Below the pieces are notes generated by a model. That model was not told the origin of the DNA. It saw only the letters and a list, made by a program, of their open reading frames with translations, and did not search any database. 48,186 bases of DNA from a virus (taxonomy: Duplodnaviria; Caudoviricetes), in IMG/VR virus record IMGVR_UViG_3300049174_000104, positions 1 through 48,186 of that record; one strand, 5' to 3'. Below are positions 42,562 through 48,186 of this stretch, one piece after another; within the stretch, counting starts at the first letter, position 1, and each line of letters begins with the position of its first letter. Made by a program: the position numbers and the translations under genes.

Positions 42562-43488
42562 TCAGACGTCCTCCTTTGGCGCTGCGAAGGCCTCGATGGC
42601 GTCGGCAAGGCGTCGCAGGTCGGCCGGCGTCATGGTGCCGACGACGGGCTGATCGTAGTCGCCGCCGTCGATGACCATGAGCATCTTCTCGCGGTCGTAC
42701 TCGATGCTCACGTTGCCTCGCTCGTTCTTGAACGAGAGCTTGCCGGGCGCTTCGATGACGGTGCGTTCACGCGGCGCCGCGAAGGGCTCGAGCTTGTCGA
42801 TCAGCACGCGCAAGTGCTCGCGGCTCTGCACGCCATACGCGCAGTTGTCGATGCTGTCGCCTTTGACCATGAGGTACATGTGCATCGGATCGAAGGCCCA
42901 CGTCAGCTGGCCGAGCTGAAAGATGGCTTCATCGACCTCGTCATTGGCGTCCTCCGACTTCGTGCCCGCGGCCTCTTTTTCGAGCTTCTCGGCCCGAGCG
43001 CGCAGCGCCCTGTCGAGCAGGCCGCCCGGTGCCATCGCAGACGTCACCATCTGCACCGTCTGCGCGCCGGCGATCGCACTGACTTCGCTCTGCAGCTCGC
43101 CGAGCTCTTCGAGGATGGTCAAGAGCATCGCGCACATCATGTGCTGCGCGCTGTCGATCTGCTTGGTCTTCAGCAAGTCATCCACGTTGCTGCGCATCTC
43201 CTTGACCAGCTCGGTGCTCTTCCGCGAGGACTTGCCGAGCCCGATGAGTTCGCGGATACGCTGCCTCGCGTTCGCGGAGGGCCGAGGCGCGGCATGGGGC
43301 TCGAGCTTGTCGAGTACGGCGCGGAGGGCCGGGCGGTCGAGAACAAAACAGACCTGCTCGCTCCAGTCGCTGCGGCGGACGGTCATCCATTCTGCGAGGG
43401 GGTCGTAGCTCCATTCGATGGTGTAGTCCTGGCCTCCTCTTCTGGCGTGCGTGGAAAATCGGATCGTGCTGTCGGTTGCGTCGGTCAT
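42562..43488 (-). CDS. Protein with three copies of a ~45-aa domain, first gene of the leftward block
   Basis: Repeats end LRAVLDKLEPHAAPR, LRVLIDKLEPFAAPR and LRRLADAIEAFAAPK. Confidence 0.75.
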   Translation of the reverse strand: MTDATDSTIRFSTHARRGGQDYTIEWSYDPLAEWMTVRRSDWSEQVCFVLDRPALRAVLDKLEPHAAPRPSANARQRIRELIGLGKSSRKSTELVKEMRSNVDDLLKTKQIDSAQHMMCAMLLTILEELGELQSEVSAIAGAQTVQMVTSAMAPGGLLDRALRARAEKLEKEAAGTKSEDANDEVDEAIFQLGQLTWAFDPMHMYLMVKGDSIDNCAYGVQSREHLRVLIDKLEPFAAPRERTVIEAPGKLSFKNERGNVSIEYDREKMLMVIDGGDYDQPVVGTMTPADLRRLADAIEAFAAPKEDV

Positions 43489-43506
43489 GTTTCAGGTGTA
43501 GCATAG

Positions 43507-43534
43507 ATGTCAGGCAATGGGTATTGCCTGACAT
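43507..43534. promoter_or_regulatory. Perfect 12-bp inverted repeat (putative operator) between divergent blocks
   Basis: ATGTCAGGCAAT-gggt-ATTGCCTGACAT. Confidence 0.8.
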
Positions 43535-43564
43535 TCGCCAATGATCACGAGTACTTGCGAACCG

Positions 43565-43849
43565 ATGATCGGCAAGAGGCTTCACAGGCTGCGAATCGGC
43601 CTGCTGATGACCCAGGCGGAGCTCGCATGGATTCTCGGAATCTCGGTGCGGTCCATGGGCCGTTGGGAATCCCCGACAGAATCGGCCGGCGAGCCCGAGG
43701 GTGTACGCATGGCCGTGCTCCTCGTGCTCGAAGAAGGCCTTGCCAACGATCATCATTTCGGGATGAAGGTTGCGTACTGGGCAAAGAAGGGCTTGCCCTG
43801 CCTGTTGGGCCACCTGTTCAAGGCAAAGGCAATCGATGTTTCTGGCTGA
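43565..43849 (+). CDS. XRE/Cro-like HTH regulator
   Basis: GKRLHRLR....MTQAELAWILGISVRSMGRWE. Confidence 0.85.
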   Translation: MIGKRLHRLRIGLLMTQAELAWILGISVRSMGRWESPTESAGEPEGVRMAVLLVLEEGLANDHHFGMKVAYWAKKGLPCLLGHLFKAKAIDVSG

Positions 43850-43939
43850 AGAGAAGGCCATGAAGCGCAAGAAGCACTATGCCGATCGCAACGAGCGGCT
43901 CTCGTACGTGAACCCCGACGACGACAAGAAAGAGAAGCC

Positions 43940-44314
43940 ATGAAAGACGAGATCGAAGTCGACCTGCCCGAGGGCATCTTCGCACTGCGCGACAGCGCCG
44001 ACGAGGTGCTCCACATCAGCAAGGGCTCACCCGAGATTGCCGAGTTCTGGGACAAGTGCTTCTTGTCGCTCGAGCTGCTCGCTGAGCAGGTGCGTCCGGG
44101 CGAACGCCTCGATCTGGTCATCGCGCAATATTCTTGCTCGGCGACCGTGCTCAACGGCGGACGGTGCATCGCCGCTGCGCTGAAGCTCGGGCACCCAGTG
44201 CGCAAGTCATTGCGCCGCATGCTCACGCAGCACGCCAAGAAGAACCCGATCGGCAATGCCGACATCGATCTGGCCTTGCGTCGCGGAGCAGCGGCCAACT
44301 CCGACCAAGGCTGA
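43940..44314 (+). CDS. Hypothetical protein
   Basis: Natural composition within the operon. Confidence 0.6.
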   Translation: MKDEIEVDLPEGIFALRDSADEVLHISKGSPEIAEFWDKCFLSLELLAEQVRPGERLDLVIAQYSCSATVLNGGRCIAAALKLGHPVRKSLRRMLTQHAKKNPIGNADIDLALRRGAAANSDQG

Positions 44315-44316
44315 GC

Positions 44317-44901
44317 ATGGCGCACCAGCCCTACCCGCTCGAATGGCCGGTCGGACGGAAGCGAACGACCCACCGGAGCTCGTCGAAGTTCCGCGATCTC
44401 AGCTTCGCGCGCACGCGCGACGATCTGCTGCATGAGCTCAAGCTGATGCATGCCGACGGCGTCGTGCTCTCGACGAACATCAGCCTGCGCGTGGACGGGC
44501 TGCCGCTTGCGGGCCAGCGGCAGCCGGCCGATCCCGGCGTGGCGATCTACTTCTCGCTCTGGGACGGCAAGAAGAAGTACTTCGCGATCGCCTGCGACGC
44601 CTACTACAAGGTCGAGGAGAACATGCGCGCGCTGGTGCACACGATCGAGGCGATGCGCACGATCCGTCGCCACGGCAGCTCGGACCTGCTCGAGCAGGCG
44701 ATGTCGGGCTTCGCCGCGCTGCCGCCGGGCGAAGATTGGTGGAAAACGCTCGGCTTCACCTCCAAGCCCACGCTCGACGAAGCGAAGTCAGCATGGCGCG
44801 GACTCGTGCAACGTCATCACCCCGATCGCGGCGGCAAAGAAGCCGACATCCGCAAGTTCAACGCCGCGATGGAGCTCGCGGAGCTGGAGCTGAGCAAATG
44901 A
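44317..44901 (+). CDS. Phage J-domain (DnaJ-like) protein
   Basis: YPLEWP, LSTN, DPGVAIYF, ACD, GFAALP, then WW..LG...HHPDRGG (HPD motif). Confidence 0.88.
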   Translation: MAHQPYPLEWPVGRKRTTHRSSSKFRDLSFARTRDDLLHELKLMHADGVVLSTNISLRVDGLPLAGQRQPADPGVAIYFSLWDGKKKYFAIACDAYYKVEENMRALVHTIEAMRTIRRHGSSDLLEQAMSGFAALPPGEDWWKTLGFTSKPTLDEAKSAWRGLVQRHHPDRGGKEADIRKFNAAMELAELELSK

Positions 44902-45104
44902 ACCCGCTCGATTATCCCAACCCCGAGGAGATGGCGGCGGCCGCCAAAGAGTTGGCGCAAGCTCGCGCCGAACTCGAGACCGCGAAAGACGACCTGCAAA
45001 CGGCCCGGTCGAGAGAACAGCATGCAAGAGATCGCGTGCAAAGAGCGACTGGCCGACTGCGCGAAATGACCGACATGCTCACGAAGGACGCGGTAAAAAT
45101 GTGA
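44898..45104 (+). CDS. Small coiled-coil protein
   Basis: ATGA coupling; heptad pattern. Confidence 0.55.
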   Translation: MNPLDYPNPEEMAAAAKELAQARAELETAKDDLQTARSREQHARDRVQRATGRLREMTDMLTKDAVKM

Positions 45105-45299
45105 ATGGCCGAGGATTCATCATGCGGTCGGTGCGGCGCTCCTGTACGCGAGCTGGTGCCGATGACGTGCGATGGCCTCGCGGTCGGCTACGTCGGAAGC
45201 CCAGATCCGATTCGCGTATGCAAGACATGCCGCGACGAGCTCGAGCTGTTCTGGGCATCAGCAACGCCAACCGTTCCACTGGAGATCGACGACACATGA
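45105..45299 (+). CDS. Small zinc-finger protein
   Basis: CGRCG...VCKTC. Confidence 0.6.
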   Translation: MAEDSSCGRCGAPVRELVPMTCDGLAVGYVGSPDPIRVCKTCRDELELFWASATPTVPLEIDDT

Positions 45300-45577
45300 A
45301 GCGAACCATCCTCCTCGCGCTCCTTGCCGGGTGCGCGATCGAAGCTCCGCGTGAGCATCAGCCCGCGCGTCCCAAGACGTGCCCGGAGAAGTACAAAGAA
45401 GAAGCGCTGCTATGCACCTTCTTCGAAGGCAGCATCTACGGCAGCCCTGAGATCTGCATGCAGGTGGCGCTCGTCGAGTACCATGATTGCGAACAACAAG
45501 CCCTGCTGCGGCAGGTCATCCAACAACAACAGCCCAAGCATCCGGCGCACGAAGCCGGGTCGACCACGGAGCAGTGA
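45296..45577 (+). CDS. Putative lipoprotein
   Basis: MKRTILLALLAGC lipobox. Confidence 0.7.
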   Translation: MKRTILLALLAGCAIEAPREHQPARPKTCPEKYKEEALLCTFFEGSIYGSPEICMQVALVEYHDCEQQALLRQVIQQQQPKHPAHEAGSTTEQ

Positions 45578-45918
45578 TGGCAGCAAAGAAGAAGTCAGGG
45601 AAGCGGGCGCCCAAGAAATCCAGGCCACTCGTGCCGCATACGCATGCATGGCTCGTCGATCTCGACCCGAAGCCGGGCGAGGTAGTGCTGATTCGCACCG
45701 TGACGCACTATTACACCGGGCGAATCGAAGCGGTCTCCGAGAGCTGGATCCTGCTCGAAGACGCCGCGTGGATTCCGGACACAGGGCCTTGGACCAGCGC
45801 GCTCGTCGAAGGTCAGCTTGCCCAGGTGCAACCGTTCCCGAACGGATGCATGGTCAACCGCTCCGCGATCGTCGACATCTGCCCGTGGCCCCATCCTCTT
45901 CCGAGGGTCGTCCGATGA
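45577..45918 (+). CDS. Phage hypothetical protein
   Basis: TGATG coupling; LIRTVTHYYTGR...LEDAAWI.DTG. Confidence 0.7.
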   Translation: MAAKKKSGKRAPKKSRPLVPHTHAWLVDLDPKPGEVVLIRTVTHYYTGRIEAVSESWILLEDAAWIPDTGPWTSALVEGQLAQVQPFPNGCMVNRSAIVDICPWPHPLPRVVR

Positions 45919-46096
45919 GCGCGGCGGTGCTGCGGGCCGGCTATGACCGCGCGGTGCTCATGAGCAAGGCCGCGGCTCTTGCCGAGCAGCAATCGTTGTG
46001 CTCGGACACGATGCGCTCGAGCTCGGACGGCCGCAGTCGCACACATCGTTCCGTCTGCAACTTCCAGTGGAGATCGCTATCGTGGCCGACGTACGA

Positions 46097-46429
46097 GTGA
46101 ACGAGCGCACCTGGACCAAGGATCTGGTGGTCGACGCCGCGCTGCTCTGTGCAGCATGCACGATCCTCGGGGCCCGCATGCGCAGGGTGAGCGGCGTCGC
46201 CCCTGTGCCATCCACGGATACGAGGATCCGGCGCGAGGTGCCGATCGGGAGCTTCGGGGCCAAGGGCTACCGCTATCTCATCGTGCTCCGCCAAGAGCGA
46301 GACGATGACATCGGTGTGATCAAGGCCTACGGGCCCAACTGGGAAACCACCTGCATCACGCCGACGCAGGCATACGCGGCCTGCGTCGAGCACAGCAAGG
46401 GGCTCGAGCCGCTGGGGATGTCCGCATGA
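46097..46429 (+). CDS. Hypothetical protein
   Basis: GTGA/ATGA coupling. Confidence 0.5.
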   Translation: MNERTWTKDLVVDAALLCAACTILGARMRRVSGVAPVPSTDTRIRREVPIGSFGAKGYRYLIVLRQERDDDIGVIKAYGPNWETTCITPTQAYAACVEHSKGLEPLGMSA

Positions 46430-46627
46430 GCAGTTGCTATTGCTGGAAGTGCAGGCAGCACGAAGACGAATGCGACTGCACGCTCGTGTCAGCCGCCGAA
46501 CTGGGCGTTGCGCGCAAGTCGTGGGAGCAGGTAGCGGATGCCCTGCAAGTCTTTGAGATTGAGCACCACGGCGATCATGAGCCTATCGACACCGAAGCAC
46601 TACGAGTCTTGCTAGGAGTACAGAACA

Positions 46628-47266
46628 ATGACCAACCGTAGCGGACCCCTGCTCGACGATCCTGCCTTCTCCGGCGACGCGCCGATGCTCGCCGAGGGCG
46701 AGTCGATTCGCATGCTGCACGACCTGATGCTCGTGAAGCGGTATCCAGGCGACACCATGAAGAGCGGGCTCTTCATTCCTGAAGTGCATCGCGAGCCGAG
46801 CTGTCACGGCACCGTGATCGCAGCCGGGCTCGGCGTGCGGCGCTGCAACGACTGGAGCGCGCGGAGCTACGATGCCGAGCGCGAGCCGATGCTGATCAAG
46901 GAGGGCGACGTCGTCATGTATGACGGCTCGACGGGCATCAATGCCCGCGAATACCGCAAGGGCTCCGGCATCATCATCGTTGCCCAACGCGATGTGCTCT
47001 TCATCGCGCGCGAAGAAGCCTTGGTGCAACACCGACGAGCGCCGTACTGGCCCCTGGAACGGGACGGAGACGATCACAGGCTCATCGAGGAGCCGTTCAA
47101 TCCCGACGACTACGAGCCGGGCGGCAAGTTCTTCGAGAAGGGTTGTGACGACGCGGGCTACTTTCCCGTCGGCAAGCACCTACCGAAGTACCTGCGCGAG
47201 AGCATCGAGGCCGCCGAGAAGGATGGCCACAGCTTTCAGCACGTGCGCACGGGGAGGAACTACTAG
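46628..47266 (+). CDS. GroES (cpn10)-like co-chaperonin with C-terminal extension
   Basis: IRMLHDLMLVKR, KSGLFIP, GTVIAAG.G, IKEGDVVMY, IV.QRDVL. Confidence 0.85.
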   Translation: MTNRSGPLLDDPAFSGDAPMLAEGESIRMLHDLMLVKRYPGDTMKSGLFIPEVHREPSCHGTVIAAGLGVRRCNDWSARSYDAEREPMLIKEGDVVMYDGSTGINAREYRKGSGIIIVAQRDVLFIAREEALVQHRRAPYWPLERDGDDHRLIEEPFNPDDYEPGGKFFEKGCDDAGYFPVGKHLPKYLRESIEAAEKDGHSFQHVRTGRNY

Positions 47267-47498
47267 TGGCGATCGTGATGCTGAGCGTCGGTATTGCCCT
47301 ATGGCTCTCCTGCGGGGCCGTCGATTACGCGATCCGTGGCCGTCGGCAACGGATCCGCGAGTTCGAGCGCCGTCGCGAGCACGAGCTGAAGAGCTGGAAC
47401 GAACCTTTCGGAATGTCCTAGTACACCAAAGCAGCAGGAAGGCCCCGGCCGCGGGGCCTAGGGCATGGCTGCAGCATGCCCACGCGGTCCGCGTTTCC

Positions 47499-47717
47499 AT
47501 GTCGAACGAGAGCAAAACCGACGACGTTCCCATCCCGGCTCCAGGTTGGTCGAAGCTCTCCGTCGAGCTCACCGATTCCGGCTATGTTGCATCATTGAAG
47601 GGGAATAGAGGGCGCTGGCGATCGCGTCCTTTCCGAAGCTCGGCCGCCGCGTGGCGGACCGCCGTACGAGAACTACTACGAAGAGAAGGGCTGCTCGAAG
47701 ATGAAGACCAACAATAA
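47499..47717 (+). CDS. Hypothetical protein
   Basis: MSNESKTDD; follows two short intergenic hairpins (47440-47481). Confidence 0.5.
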   Translation: MSNESKTDDVPIPAPGWSKLSVELTDSGYVASLKGNRGRWRSRPFRSSAAAWRTAVRELLRREGLLEDEDQQ

Positions 47718-48075
47718 GAATGAAGGGTTCACCGCGCTCGATGCTGTGCTTGCCGGGATCGCGCTCGGCATCTGCATCGGCTTCTCCACGCTGATCGCAG
47801 CATGTTGCCCGCCGGATGGTGCGCTGCCGATGTGCCCGGCGGTTCCAGAGCCCGAGCTCGTGGATGAGCTCGCCTGCGCAACGGCAGAGGACATCGAGGA
47901 CTACTGCCCGTCGCCGAACGACCCGCCTACGCGGCAAACCTGCGCGTACGTCTATGCGCGCGACAACGTCGAGGCCAAGTGCACGGATCCTCCTGGTGGC
48001 TTCAGCGATCGCGTGGCCGCCGAGGCGGTCGGTCTCATGGTGCGCGGCGCAGTCGAGACGGAGTGCGGGCTATGA
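47701..48075 (+). CDS. Cys-rich exported/membrane protein
   Basis: Hydrophobic N-terminal segment ending LIAAC; several Cys. Confidence 0.6.
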   Translation: MKTNNKNEGFTALDAVLAGIALGICIGFSTLIAACCPPDGALPMCPAVPEPELVDELACATAEDIEDYCPSPNDPPTRQTCAYVYARDNVEAKCTDPPGGFSDRVAAEAVGLMVRGAVETECGL

Positions 48076-48186
48076 TCTTTGCCGAGCCGAAGAACGAGAT
48101 GACCGAAGAGAGATTCGCCGAGCTCGTGAAGAACGACGCATGGGTGGCGATCAGAGCCAAGGATTACAAGATCTACTGCGACGGGA
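48060..48186. repeat. Terminal direct repeat, copy 2
   Basis: Identical to 1-127. Confidence 0.97.

Overview
The window is an apparently complete circular, GC-rich temperate bacterial virus genome of about 48,059 bp. Bases 1-127 are repeated at 48060-48186, and the reading frame runs through the join. It has four transcription blocks. (i) A ~17.5 kb leftward operon (17837 to 295) of tightly coupled, mostly unrecognisable genes looks like a virion module. It has at least 10 single-pass membrane proteins, several beta-rich and paralogous proteins, a Lys/Arg-rich DNA-binding protein, ChaB, an M15 peptidase, lysozyme-like and LysM-like proteins, a permuted NlpC/P60 enzyme and a transglutaminase-like Cys enzyme. 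(ii) A rightward early/replication block (19857-36624) encodes RecT, a YqaJ exonuclease, an HTH initiator with internal iterons, DnaB, a DNA methylase, DUF3310, ThyX and an HNH nuclease. (iii) A leftward block (43488 to 36977) ends in a tyrosine recombinase. (iv) A rightward block (43565 through the origin to 300) encodes an XRE regulator, a J-domain protein and a GroES-like protein. I could not recognise a terminase, portal, HK97 capsid, tail, tape-measure or FtsK/A32-type packaging ATPase. The best reading is a tailless, probably membrane-containing virus joined to a lambda-like replication/lysogeny chassis. All family calls come from motif recognition by eye, not database searches. The host is unknown.
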